From NCBI RefSeq assembly GCF_006345805.1, contig NC_043006.1, forward strand, positions 95,976,001-96,040,000: DNA of 64,000 nt, given 5' to 3'. Position 1 is the first letter of the stretch. Every line of letters begins with the position of its first letter. Shown here piece by piece: positions 28,029 to 40,937 of this stretch. A program made the translations under genes and the position numbers. The DNA is from Octopus sinensis (taxonomy: Eukaryota). Under the pieces are notes generated by a model. The model saw only the letters and a program-made list of their open reading frames with translations, was not told where the DNA came from and made no database searches.

Positions 28029-28413
28029 CTAGCAGTATCGCCCGGCGTTGCTCGGGTTTGTAAGGGAAATAACTATATAAGCATTTTTAGAGAGTTATAG
28101 CCAAAAAATAGCAAAAACATGCATTAAAAATGGGAAAAAAATGATGGTAATTTTTTTTTTAAATCGTTGACTCATCGTAGACATTTTTAGAGAGTTACTT
28201 CCCTTATGTAATAGCGAAAAAAATGCATTAAAATGGAAAAAATGATGGTAATTTTTTTTTTAAATCGTAGACTCATCGTAGACACGCGCTAATACCCAGA
28301 AGGGCTCGATATGAATCACGACTATAAGATACCCGGTTTTGGTTAAATGTGGGAGCAGTTAGTATTCTAAATCGTAGGAGACAGGCACACAACTTGACTT
28401 TTATATATAAAGA
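28029..28413 (-). mobile_element. Complete non-autonomous Helitron (family of 553-853)
   Basis: Minus strand A|TCTTTATATATAAAA ... CCCG hairpin ... CTAG|T; small internal duplication. Confidence 0.85.
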
Positions 28414-28707
28414 TTTCTTTTCGCACCTTTTATCCTACATCGTTCATCTTTTTACTTCTTTCAGTCATGCGACTGCGACCATACTGGGGCAGTCTTGACG
28501 AATTGTTAATCAAATGAATTGACCTTACTACTTCTTTTTTGTATTTTAAGTCATGTACTTATCGATCTCATTTGCCGAACCACTATGCAGCGGTGACGTG
28601 AACACACCAGCACCGGTTTTCAAATAGCGAACTCAAGGGCACACACACACACACACACACAAACACACACATACACACAAACACACACAAACACACACAC
28701 ACACACA

Positions 28708-28745
<38 letters not shown>

Positions 28746-29204
28746 AGGTATGGGGTTAGTTCATAGGAGATATAAGCTGAGTAAGTGCTGTAACGTATTA
28801 CCAGGGCTCGAAGCTCATATATATATATTATTCGTTCGTTGTCTGAAAAAGCAACATTAGGACTTAGGACACTTTTGCATAATAGCAACGATATGTATAT
28901 GTATGTGTGTGTGTGCGAGCATGAGTACGTGCGTGTGTGTTCAAGACGTGCTATCAAATCCATTCACAATGCTTTGGCCAGTCGAACAATAGAGTAGAAA
29001 CACTTGCCGAACGTGTCAGGGATCAAGATAAATCCGGAACCATGTGATTGCCAAGCTAGCGTCTCAACACGCAGTCGCATCCATGCATAGATCCACTTTT
29101 ATTTAGAGAACCCAAAAGTTATTAAAATGTGAGTTAAATTCAATACCATTAAGCTGAATAGGCACAGGCGTGTGGTAAGAAACATACATACATATATGTA
29201 TGTA

Positions 29205-29251
<47 letters not shown>

Positions 29252-29253
29252 TA

Positions 29254-29788
29254 CAGGGTGTCCCCAAAAAATGTATACACACCTTAAATAATTGTAAATT
29301 TGGGGTTTATTATAATTCGAATAATTTTCAACATGTAAAAGAATTTACAAATATCATTCTATTGTCTTGTTATCGCATGTTCTCAAACTGATGTCCGTTC
29401 TGCTCCAGACACTGCTGACAACACAAAGCGATGGAATGGCATACATCATGGAACAATTCCCTTGGGATATTCGTACATTCATGTTCAATTGTTGCCCTCA
29501 ATTGAACGACTGTTGCAGGTTTCTGTGCGTAGACTTTGTCCTTTAGGCATCCCCATAAAAAGAAGTCTAGCGGTGTGAGGTCTGGTGAACGTGGAGGGTA
29601 TTCGACAAAACCTCTCCGTCCAATCCACCTGTTTGGCAAGATCCCATCAAGAAAGGATCTAACATCGTGATGGTAGTGTGGAGGTTCCCCATCTTGCTGG
29701 AAATAAGACTCTTCCTGTTCAAAGTCCTCTCTAATGCTTGGCATGACAGACTGTTGCAGCAAGTGTATACTTTTTGGGGGACACCCTG
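29254..29788 (-). mobile_element. Internally deleted Tc1/mariner, DD41D (rosa/VS-type)
   Basis: TA|CAGGGTGTCCCC TIRs at both ends; QDGEPPHY...RWIGRRG...YPPRSPDLTPLDFFLWG with 41 residues between the 2nd and 3rd Asp. Confidence 0.88.
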
Positions 29789-30137
29789 TATATATATATA
29801 TATACTCATTTACTCTTTTACTTGTTTCAATCATGTGACTGTGGCCATGGTAGAGCACCGCCTTTAGTCGAACAAATCGACCCCCGAGACTTATTCTTTG
29901 TAAGCCTAGTACTTAATCTATCGGTCTCTTTTGCCGAACCGCTACGTGACGGGGACGTAAACACACCACGATTGGTTGTCAAGCGATGTTGGGGGGGGGG
30001 CAAACACAGACACACACAAACACACACACATATATATATACATACATACATCATATATATATATATATATATATATAATAGAAATATTAAAATTACTAAG
30101 TCTCTCTAAAAGAGAACAGCGGCAGCGTTCCCGGAAA

Positions 30138-30434
30138 ATAATAGTTATCGCCATACTAATATGGCATTCTTATAAAAACAAGAATAAAGCTGTCCGCTTA
30201 TTAGCTCCATGAGGCCATCGCCTTAAGTTAGCTATTTGATACACAAACTGTATCCATATAACCTTCGAACAAGGGAGGTCAAGTAGTGTGGAGCGACTGA
30301 CCTCCCTTGTTCGAAGGTTATATGGATACAGTTTGTGTATCAAATAGCTAACTTAAGGCGATGGCCTCATGGAGCTAATAGCGGACAGCTTTATTCTTAT
30401 TTTTATAAGAATGCCATATTAGTATGGCGATAAC

Positions 30435-30440
<6 letters not shown>
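30138..30440. repeat. Near-perfect foldback, ~144-bp arms, 16-nt spacer
   Basis: 30138-30281 versus 30298-30440 differ by about 1 substitution and 1 indel. Confidence 0.93.
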
Positions 30441-30474
<34 letters not shown>

Positions 30475-30478
30475 TATA

Positions 30479-30675
30479 CAGGGTGCGATGGGTAAATTGT
30501 CGACATTATATATTCCTAATTTCGCGCATAGATATTGATTGTTTTTTATTTTCTCGACTACACAGTGTAGTAAGGTGAGTTAGGTGCTGTCTCTGAGAAA
30601 AAAAGCAGCACCATGACGCAAGTCCCTCTGTCAGAAATTTGGAAACAACATACTGTACTGCTTGGCATTAGCGCT
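30479..30675 (+). mobile_element. Left end of a DD37D (maT)-type element, family of 54123-54975
   Basis: TA|CAGGGTGCGATGGGTAAATTGTCG and about 190 bp of similarity to 54123 onward. Confidence 0.75.
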
Positions 30676-30957
30676 TTCCCTCCTATGATTGTACCCCACC
30701 TCCACTTGATAGCTATTTATTATTAAAAGGTCAATTCGTTCGTCTGAAATTCTTCAGACCAGTGCCCCAGCATGGCCGCTGTTTAATGATTAAAACAAGT
30801 AAAAGATAAAAGTTAAAAAGACTTTTAACAAATTCGAAAGCTTTTTTTCAATAATCAACAAATATTTATCTTGGTCCTGGATTATTGTAATGAGTTAATC
30901 AATCGATGAAAATTTGAGTCTTTCTAATACGTGGTTCAAGTTTGATCTGTCATGAGA

Positions 30958-31669
30958 AAAATCATTTCGAATTTTCAATAGCATCGATTCACAGTGTGTA
31001 CGCGACGCTTTGAAGTTAACGTGTTGGTAACTTGGCAACAACAGAAAGTAAAAATATCTCACTATAAGTAGTTGATGTTTTTTTGGTTACCTGTCTTTGG
31101 AACTGGAATTATTGGTTACTTTCGCCAAACGGACAGAGAATTATAGGGTACATAACATTATTACAGACTCATCTATCTCCGGTTATCACTGATTCCTTAA
31201 TCACTGATGCGAGATAACATAATAGGCACACCGCCAACCATCTAACGTTTATCACGAATTGATCTGTGATATCATAGTCAGTGACCATGTGACCACCAGG
31301 AAAACTTGGGGCTCTCGGAACGAAACTTATTATCTCATATGTTCTATTATTCATTCATCACTGTCTCGTTTAACAGAGTGTGTTTTTCAACCAACAGGCA
31401 CTCCATTGGTTACGATGACGAGGGCTCCAATTGATCCGATCAGCGAACAGCCTGCTCGTGAAATGAACGCGAATATGGCTGAGCACTTTACAGACAAGAG
31501 TAGGTCTCAGGGAGATTCAGCATGTTACAAGACTGTTACAAGACTTTCAATTAAAGGGCCCTTTTAATTAAAGGTACAATTCATTTTTGCCAGTTCAGTG
31601 GACTCTAGCAACAGTAAAGTGTCTTGCTTAAGTATACAACGCACGGCCGGGAATCGAACTCACGAGCTT
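30958..31669. repeat. Left arm of a 712-bp near-identical inverted duplication (partner 34354-35066)
   Basis: Reverse complement match throughout; one indel noticed. Confidence 0.92.
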
Positions 31670-31710
31670 ACAATCGTGAGCCGAATGCCTAACGACTGAG
31701 CCACGCACCT
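31385..31710 (-). mobile_element. tRNA-derived SINE family B
   Basis: Minus strand A box TGGCTCAGTCG and B box GTTCGATTCC. Confidence 0.8.
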
Positions 31711-31988
31711 TCACACATTTTTTAAAACATTCAAATAGCTGTGATAAATGAGAATAGATAATATTCCCTCGACTATCGCGGGTGTTACATTCCAAAACCC
31801 CACGCGATGGGTGAAAATCCGCCAAACAGAAACAGCACTGCACTGTATATTTTTCTATTATTTTTATAATTTGTATATATTTATTTTATTATAAATGCAA
31901 AACACTTCGGAGAAATCAACGTAAGCTTAAATAATATACCGCGATGAGTGACGCGAGATATGGCGAAGGATTACTGCATGACAAAGTA

Positions 31989-33175
31989 TTAGGTTGTCAA
32001 GAAGAAAGTTCTTGGGGAATTTTTAATTTTCGTTTGAAATATATGTATTTGTCACTCTTTTTCTTTTTGAATAATTAGACCATTTTTCCGGAACGTTGAA
32101 TATAACATGGACAAAAAGCAAATTCGCTCAATTTTCTTATTTCAGTTGAAGCTAGGCCGAAAAGCTGCTGAAACAGCTCGCGATATCAACGATGCGTTTG
32201 GACCAGGAACCACTAATGTACGTACAGTACAATGGTGATTCAAGATATTTCGTAGCGGTGACGAGAGTCTGGAAGATGATAAGCGGAGTTGTCGGTCATC
32301 GGATGTTAACAACGATCAACTAAGAGCCTTATTCGAAGCCAATCCACGCACAACTGTTCGAGAGCTTGCTTCTGAATTAGACGTGACGTCCACGACAATT
32401 TCCAACCACTTGAAAGAGATTGGAAAAACAAAGCTCCTTGGGAAATGGGTGCCGCACGAATTGAACAACAACTAAAAATAAAAAAGAAAGAACGCCATTT
32501 TGAAGTGTCTTCCTCCTTTTTACGCAAAATGAACGACCCGTTTCTCGACCGGATTGTGACTTGCGATGAAAAGTGGATTATTTACGATAACCGGCGACGC
32601 TCAGCTCAGTGGTTAGACGCCGACGAAGCTGCATGAAACTTCCCGAAGCCAAAGTTTCACCAAAAGAAAGCGGTGGTGACTGTTTGGTGGTCTGCACCCG
32701 ATCTCATCCCTCCCAGCTGTGTAAATCCAAGTGAAACCATTACGGCGGAGAAGTACTGTCAGCAAATGGATGAAATGTATAAGAAACTACAGCACCCAGC
32801 ATTGGTCAATAGAAAAGGACCAATTCTTCTTCACGACAACGCTCGGTCGCACGTCGCACAACTGACCCTGCAGGAGTTAAATGAATTGGGCTACGAAACT
32901 CTGCCACATCCGCCATACTTTTTCAAGCATCTCGACAACTTCTGCGTGAGAAATGTTTCAAAAACCAAGACGATGCCAAACATGCCTTCAACGACTTCAT
33001 CGCCACCAGAACGCAGGAATTTTACGCTACTGGCATAAATAAACTTGTTTTGCGTTGGCAAAAACCGTATTCATTCTGATGGTGTTTATTTCGATTAATC
33101 AACTTTTGTTTGAGCCGAGATATGGGCATCTGAATTTAAAAGTTAAAAACCGCAAGAACTTTCTTGACAACCTAA
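31989..33175 (+). mobile_element. Near-full-length mariner with both TIRs, transposase pseudogene
   Basis: TA|TTAGGTTGTCAAGAA...TTCTTGACAACCTAA|TA; ATG at 32107 MDKKQIRSIFLF...WVPHEL...IVTCDEKW...LLHDNARSH; stops and frameshifts; the YSPDL segment is deleted. Confidence 0.92.
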
Positions 33176-33400
33176 TAGATAAAAAGGATTTTTTCTTCAC
33201 ATATTTTATAAACATTAAGCTTCATGGGACACCATGAATACCACCAGGGAAAGAAAAGGAAGTCATAAATATTTATTAAAGAGGTATTTATTAAATAATT
33301 GTCATGAAACTAGTTTGATCATCTCAAAAGTCTTCCAGAAGCAGGTCCAAATCTTCAGGAAGATAGAGAATTGCTTTAACGATGGTGAGTCAAAAGTATA

Positions 33401-33941
33401 CGAGGTGAGTCAAAAAGTGATGTAATTTTGTTTAGGACAGGTATAATTACCAACACAGGAACATGTATCATACATCACATTCCTGGTTCTCAACATAGTC
33501 ACCGTTTCTCTCAATAGCAATGTTCCACCTTCTAATGAGAGCATGTATCTGTGCCCCGTAAAATTCTGTTGACTATTCTTTGAGCCACTTCTTCACTACA
33601 GTTTTCACTTCCTCGTCACTGGAGTAATGTTTGCCTCTCAAACCCTCTTTCATGGAGGTGAAAAGATGATATTCTAAAGGCGGTAAATTATTCCAGTGAC
33701 GATGAAGTGAAAACTGTAGTGAAGCAGTATTTCAAAGAACATTCAACAATTTTTTATGGGACAGGGATACATGCTTTCATTCGAAGGTGGAACATTGCTG
33801 TTGTGAGCAACGGTGTCTATGTTGAAAAGTAGGGATGTAATCCACAGAGGACCAGCTTGATTTTGATGTATGATACCTGTTCCTGTGTTGGTAATTATAC
33901 CTTTCCTAAACAATATGGCATTACTTTTTGACTAACCCTCG
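33401..33941. mobile_element. Mariner-derived MITE made of two inverted right ends
   Basis: TA|CGAGG...CCTCG|TA, ~80-bp TIRs; both halves encode the transposase C-terminus SDEEVKTVVK...RRWNIA..NG.YVEK facing outward. Confidence 0.85.
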
Positions 33942-34212
33942 TACTTTATAGCCTAACATTTCTATCCTTGAATGAACTGAGAAGTGGACTGAATTATTTT
34001 AAAACTAGCAGAATGTTTGATATCGATATCGCAACGATCACCAAGGAAAGTGTTCGCGTGTGGCTTGCTTGTTAGGGTGTTCTGCTGGTGATAATAACGT
34101 TGCGAGATTAATTTCTGGACCAAGTGGCGCGTTGCAATTTAGTGAAAAGCACGTTGTTTCATGTTGCTCCAGTCTACACAGCTACAGTGACCACCAACCC
34201 AGAGCTGGAGCA

Positions 34213-34254
<42 letters not shown>

Positions 34255-34353
34255 CCTCTGTCTCGCTCTCTTCCTCCATCTGCCACATCGTGGATTGTCA
34301 TTATCCTCTTCATTATCATTCTTGATTTTGTATTTCGAAAATCATTGGGTATA

Positions 34354-35066
34354 AAGCTCGTGAGTTCGATTCCCGGCCGTGCGTTGTATACTTAAGCAAG
34401 ACACTTTACTGTTGCTAGAGTCCACTGAACTGGCAAAAATGAATTGTACCTTTAATTAAAAGGGCCCTTTAATTGAAAGTCTTGTAACAGTCTTGTAACA
34501 TGCTGAATCTCCCTGAGACCTACTCTTGTCTGTAAAGTGCTCAGCCATATTCGCGTTCATTTCACGAGCAGGCTGTTCGCTGATCGGATCAATTGGAGCC
34601 CTCGTCATCGTAACCAATGGAGTGCCTGTTGGTTGAAAAACACACTCTGTTAAACGAGACAGTGATGAATGAATAATAGAACATATGAGATTAATAAGTT
34701 TCGTTCCGAGAGCCCCAAGTTTTCCTGGTGGTCACATGGTCACTGACTATGATATCACAGATCAATTCGTGATAAACGTTAGATGGTTGGCGGTGTGCCT
34801 ATTATGTTATCTCGCATCAGTGATTAAGGAATCAGTGATAACCGGAGATAGATGAGTCTGTAATAATGTTATGTACCCTATAATTCTCTGTCCGTTTGGC
34901 GAAAGTAACCAATAATTCCAGTTCCAAAGACAGGTAACCAAAAAAACATCAACTACTTATAGTGAGATATTTTTACTTTCTGTTGTTGCCAAGTTACCAA
35001 CACGTTAACTTCAAAGCGTCGCGTACACACTGTGAATCGATGCTATTGAAAATTCGAAATGATTTT
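34354..35066. repeat. Right arm of the inverted duplication (SINE head truncated)
   Basis: Reverse complement of 30958-31669. Confidence 0.92.
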
Positions 35067-35685
35067 AAACAGTCAGAACATTCAAGTTATACCAATATTC
35101 ATGTTATACATAGCAGATGTAGACGTTTTTGATGATTTTGCACCATTTAGTGCTTCCATTTACACGTTACACAAGATCCAATAATCTCCCTCGATACATC
35201 AGAAAACTGCATAAAGTGCTATTTAAAAGACCGAAATAGAGAATACATTAATTTTATCACCAAAGGCAATAGCACTCATCACTCAAACCCTAAAGCTCTA
35301 ATATTAAAACCTTAAAGATGGATTTTAAATACCTATGTTAATATACGATAATTTCAGGAATTAAATTTTTGACCAGGTATTTAGACATTTAAGCCGATTA
35401 TTTAAAATCAAAAGTTTTCGTAAATACGCCTAAATTGGGAACTTGAACACTTCTTATAAGGCTTCAGAAACGGTTAGATGCTTATCACACTCATCTTTTA
35501 CGCAGAATACATAATCTTTTGTGGAAATTAAATGCATCGTATGTTCTGTTTCGACTAGGGTCAGCCAAATATTTTGATAACGTAAGGTCGTCATTGTGTA
35601 TCTTGAAATCATGAGGTCTTTAGCAATAGTTTGGTAAAGTTTAATTTAGTTCTATATTTAAGAGATGAGGAATTGTGCACATTTT

Positions 35686-35866
35686 TTACATTATTTACGT
35701 TATTTACATTTGATTGATAATTTTCCTCATCTTGTTTGTTGTTAACACAACGTTTCCCCAGGACACCTGATAAAGACTGGAGGGGATATCAGCCGAAACG
35801 TTGTGCTAACAACAAACAAGATGAGGACAAATATCCTTCAAATGTAAATAATGTAAATAATGTAAA
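35686..35866 (+). repeat. Penelope-type short repeat in foldback form with a degenerate minimal HHR at 35762-35806
   Basis: GACAC-CTGATAA-A-GACTG...CAGCC-GAAACGTT|GTG (G8 to A); arms 35686-35756 and 35795-35866; same family as 48171-48647. Confidence 0.75.
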
Positions 35867-36049
35867 GAAAAGTCTTAGGTGAGGCCTAAATCAACTAGTC
35901 CAATAGCTTAAAGTTGGCCAGTATTGACCATCCTGCCTTTCTGTCTGACATTTTATCTCGGACTGCATCAAGCAACCAGCTTTTCCATTTAGTATCGGTA
36001 CGAAGTGATTTGAAGGAAATTCGGACACCATTTCTAGCAGTCCTACAAA

Positions 36050-36490
36050 AAATATAAACGCACATGGTTCCGGGTTCAGTCTCGCTACGAGACAACTTGG
36101 GCGAGTATCTTCTACTATAGCCTCGGTCGGCCAAAACCTTGTGAGTGGACTTGGTAGACGAAAACTGAAAGAAGCCCATTGCATATATATATATACATAT
36201 TTACGTGTGTGTGTGTTTGTGTGTGTGTTTGTATGTGTGTCTGTGTGTGTGTTTGTTTGTGTGTGTGTGTGCGTGTGTTTGTGTGCCTATGTTTGTTCCC
36301 CAAACATTGTTTGACAACAGATACTGGTGTGTTTACGTTTCCGTACTTAGCGTTTCGACAAAAGAACCCAATAGAATAAGTACTAAGCTTACAAACAAAA
36401 TGTCCTGAAGTTAGTTTGCTCAACAAAATGTGGTACTCCAGCATGGCCGCTGTCAAATGACTAAAAGAAATCAAAGAATAAAAGAATAAA
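36050..36490 (+). mobile_element. SINE family A
   Basis: Head catggttccgggttcagtc..., (TG)n, and tail cagcatggccgctgtcaaatgact. Confidence 0.8.
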
Positions 36491-37909
36491 CAAATTCTCA
36501 TATACTAAGATTCATGTTATGATCTGTTACTTAGAAATAATAATTACATGGCTAAAAAACACGAGATTCCATTTCATTGTATGTACGTGTGTCAATATCA
36601 CACTTGTGTTGATTAAATTTAAGTGCTTAAGGTAGAATTTGAAATATTGTATTTAACGTTTTTATATATAAACATACATACCGAATCGGTAATTATATTT
36701 GTAAATTTACTTGGCGAAATATTATTATCACACAAAAGAAGCAGTTTCTATTGAATACTAAATTCTTTTCTTTTCCTAATATTCTTTCCGAATCACACAA
36801 AAATCTCATTCTCGTTGTAACTTATTGTTTTAGCTTATTTACCTGAAAATATATATTATCATTTCTTGGTGTTAAATCAAAATTATAAAAATAATATTTT
36901 GAAGACTACAGCAATTTCATATTAAATTATTCCTAATGTTATTTTGTATTATATGTATTTGTAATTACCTTCAGATGATCCCACGTTTATCAGTGCTTCT
37001 CATTGTTATAATGCATTTCCCTGCGAAAGTGATTTTACTGAGAAAAATCCAAATTTTGAGAGCGTAACAATAGAAAAACGTGTATTTGTGGTTTAATCCA
37101 GTATGTAGTTTGAATGTGTGGGTAAACGTAACGAAAGTCTTCCCCGATTTAATTTGTCTACGTTTACCCTTGAATCAAAATCAAAACAAAATCCTTAACA
37201 CAAATAAGATTAAAATTACAAGAAGCTACGCTTCCTGTAAAAGACCTTTTCAAGTTCCATTAGCAAATGCAATACTAAATGGATTTCCCATGCAATTATT
37301 TCAGTTTCGGCAGCTTTCAGAAATGGCGTCAATAGTAATAAGTTCCAAGAGGCTTGTAATTGTCTTGCCAAGATGTTAATAGTTGTGTGAATCTAATGCA
37401 ATGATTGCAGACGGAGAACATACGTTTAAACAAAAATATATTGAAGGTTTGTCTTTACAAGTATTTGCATTCATTTATTAATCCGGAAACAGATTTACGG
37501 TAAATCTGTCAAAATTTATTTTCGTTTTGAAACAGAGACGAACTCACAAGTAACTAATCTAACCAATCATAAACTTCCATTTGGATAACTGAAATAAATA
37601 AAAATCATATAGCCATCATTATGGTATACTTCTATTTCCGAAACAAAATTTGCACTTTTGCTTGAGCAAATTATCCCCCTTGCATTCATAATCACTCTTT
37701 CAAGTATGTGTGTTTTTATCTTTCTCCACGGAAATGTTTTATTTAAAATTTGGTTCATACGTATTTTGCATACATGTGGATTCAAGTTCAGTGCTACTGT
37801 GTAGTATCCCCATCAACAAAAGTTTTCAATAAGCAATATGGGCCGACCAATACCTTTATATGTCTGATGCACGGAAACCCTATTGAAGGCCATCGTTTAT
37901 ATATATATA

Positions 37910-38414
37910 CTTGCAGTATCACCCTGTGATGCTTGGGTTTGTTACAACCCTTTAGAATTGGAATTTTTGAAAAGTAAAAATTTGGTATTATGCAACTTGT
38001 TATTCTCTTCAAGTGAACATTTTTCCAGTTGAAATACAGCGAAAAATAGTGACACAGCAGTCAAAAATCGTACAAAGTAGGGACTTTCATAGGAAAAAAG
38101 CACCTTTTGATGTAAATAATCTTCGGTGTTAGCATGGTCCGATTTGAACTTTATCTTATACAGAATGAAGAGCAAGCCTTCTTCTATCATACTCTCAATT
38201 TTGTCAACTTGTGCTGCAGGGTCTCGAAGGAGATAGTGTTAGTTGAAGGCTACCAAACCTACCACACACAGACAACTTCAGCTTTATATATATAGATTTG
38301 CTACACACTACTTTCCATCCTTAATAATGAAACTTGGTAGATCCAAAAGTTAAACACAGAGACACACACACAGATACACACACAGACACACAAGTTTAGT
38401 TTTATATATATAGA
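37910..38414 (-). mobile_element. Stacked Helitron copies and 5' ends
   Basis: Degenerate 3' end (cttgcagtatcaccctgtgatgcttgggtttg) at 37910; TCTATATATATAAA 5' ends at 38296 and 38414. Confidence 0.65.
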
Positions 38415-38979
38415 TTTCTCAACGGGGATTTCAGGGGAGAGTTTCAGGGAGTCACTGGCGATGTATCGTGATGATCAAAAATCCGGCCTGCTAAAATTTG
38501 GTTAAAGTGATTCAAACTACAGACTCAACGCAAAATGGTCACATTTAATTTAAAGCGTTAAAAATGTTATGAAAGCAATTGGTATGTGTTCACAAAGTCC
38601 AAACGATTAATACGAAAAAACCCTCCAGGCTACATCCCGAAAATTCACTTTTTTGCCGAATTTCTACAATATTTACGGCGATTCATTTTTATATCTTGAT
38701 TCTTTTATTTTTCATGCAATTTACGCATGCCTGCACGCGTGATGAACACAGTTCACGTCAAACAGCTGACTGAGTAAAGTTCACTATTCAATGCATGGGA
38801 TAAGGCCTAAACAAACACATTATCGATTTTTGCACTTGCGAGATGAATTTCGGAACAGAAATAGCGCAGTTCAATTATCATTCGCCTAAATTTTAAGTGA
38901 CCTATTTTTGGTGGTTCTACGATTTGTTGGCTATGAAGAGACGTGCCGGGAAGTTGAACACACAGACACACAAGTTGAG

Positions 38980-39030
<51 letters not shown>

Positions 39031-39042
39031 ATATATAGATAT

Positions 39043-39088
<46 letters not shown>

Positions 39089-39095
39089 CCATACA

Positions 39096-39127
<32 letters not shown>

Positions 39128-39627
39128 GATATATATACATACATATGGTTATATGTATATGTGTGTTTGCGTTTGTCGCTCGCCATTTGAGAAGCCATTT
39201 TGATTTAAGTGCCCGCAATAACCAGATATAAAAGCTTAAGAACTGGAGTTGCTCTGTTGAATTAGATCCAATACTTGAAACAAGTACAAGATAAATGATA
39301 CCCGTTATTCTTTCATATAAACATGCTTATATACCCAACCATTTTCCTTTCGTTTCCTCAACTCTCATGTCCGAGAAAATTTCAAGCTGTGATTGCTATC
39401 AATGAACGAATGAGGGTTTTGGCAGTTGAGCACAGAAACGAAGCATGCTTTTGCATTCCAATATTTCCAGCGTATATTGTACGTAATGGTTCAATCATTC
39501 TGTTGATTAAAATCACTCGACGATCAGGAAGAATATACTACGGATAACAATAAGTGAAGTTTTCAACATTAACCACTTCCATTTCTTTTTTCTGATCATG
39601 TGATCAAGACATCACACACACACACGC

Positions 39628-39658
<31 letters not shown>

Positions 39659-39887
39659 CACTTGTGTGTGTATGTGTGTGTTATATATATGTAGTTCTAG
39701 ACGTGGCTGTATGGTAAGGAGTTTGGTTCCCAACTGTGTGGTTTCGAGTTCAGTCCCACAGCCAGAGCGAGTATTTTGATCCGATAAAAGCCTTGTGAGT
39801 GGATCTGGTAGACGGAAACTAAAACCCGTCGTATATATATATAATATATATATATATAATATATATATATATACATATATTATATAA

Positions 39888-40490
39888 TTAGGGCTTAGTA
39901 AAATAAATTACTTTGCCACATACTGAACTTAGTAGAAATAGCAGCCAAAAAAATTTTCTTACCATTTCTACTACTTAAAGAAAATTTCTCTCAGATAATG
40001 TTTACTCTAGACAGCTCACGAAGGTTTGCGGGTAAATACAGAAAAATATCACAAGTACATAGATCGTTTGAGTACGTCAACGTTTCAAGATTAGCCAAAT
40101 AAAATCAGCATTTCTTTCGTCAGCTCACAATTTCTTAATTTGGATTTGGAAACACTAGAAAGAAGGAACTTTACCTATCAGCGGACTACTCGCTTCAGAT
40201 GAACCACTCCAACTAACAGTGTCAACAAATTCAAAATGCGCAGGCGTAAAATTCTGCACTCCCCATTCCACCCACGTGGTCTATCTAGCAAACATTATAT
40301 TTTAACCGCGAGAACCGAGTCAGTATGACCGAGAGAAATGAATTATAATATCAACAATTGAGGGTAAAATTAATTAATTAATCAATTTCACCAAGTGTTC
40401 AGTATGTAATCTTAGTAAAATAAATTACTTTGCCACTGAACACTTGGTGAAATTGATTAATTAATAATTTTACCCTCAATTGTTGATATA
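39888..40490 (-). repeat. ~517-bp HHR monomer with terminal direct repeat and foldback
   Basis: cttagtaaaataaattactttgccac at 39894 and 40411; foldback 40348-40403 with 40435-40489; diverged homologue of the 561-bp unit. Confidence 0.8.
40069..40127 (-). ncRNA. Type I hammerhead ribozyme
   Basis: Minus strand TGAG-CTGACGA-AAGA aat GCTGA ttttat TTGGC taa TCTT-GAAA-CGTTGACG-TA|CTCA; GUA triplet. Confidence 0.82.
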
Positions 40491-40523
40491 TATACATATA
40501 GGTAGACACATACATACATATAC

Positions 40524-40572
<49 letters not shown>

Positions 40573-40574
40573 TA

Positions 40575-40619
<45 letters not shown>

Positions 40620-40849
40620 CACATATATAAGTATATAGGTTTAAATAATGATAAAATAAGGATAAAATAGCCTCATTAAGGGGTAAAAAATATCCATTAC
40701 TGGTTTGTTGCCTATTATTTTTTAGTGAATAGAAATATTTCTAAAAAATATGGTTTAAATATAATCTTTTTTTATAAATATTCAAACTGAAATCCAGAAA
40801 CTAGAGCTGTAGCATGAATATAATTCAATAACTAAAAAAATTCAACATG

Positions 40850-40937
40850 TTCTTTTACAGCTGTTTCGATTCTGTTCAAAGAATTAAATTCCAGTAACTA
40901 AAACATCTTTGGAGCAAAAATCTCATCAGGAGTAGAA
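40850..40937 (-). ncRNA. Probable degenerate hammerhead
   Basis: CTGATGA-GATT...AATC-GAAACAGCTGTA: core, stem II and palindromic stem III intact, but stem I does not pair cleanly. Confidence 0.5.
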
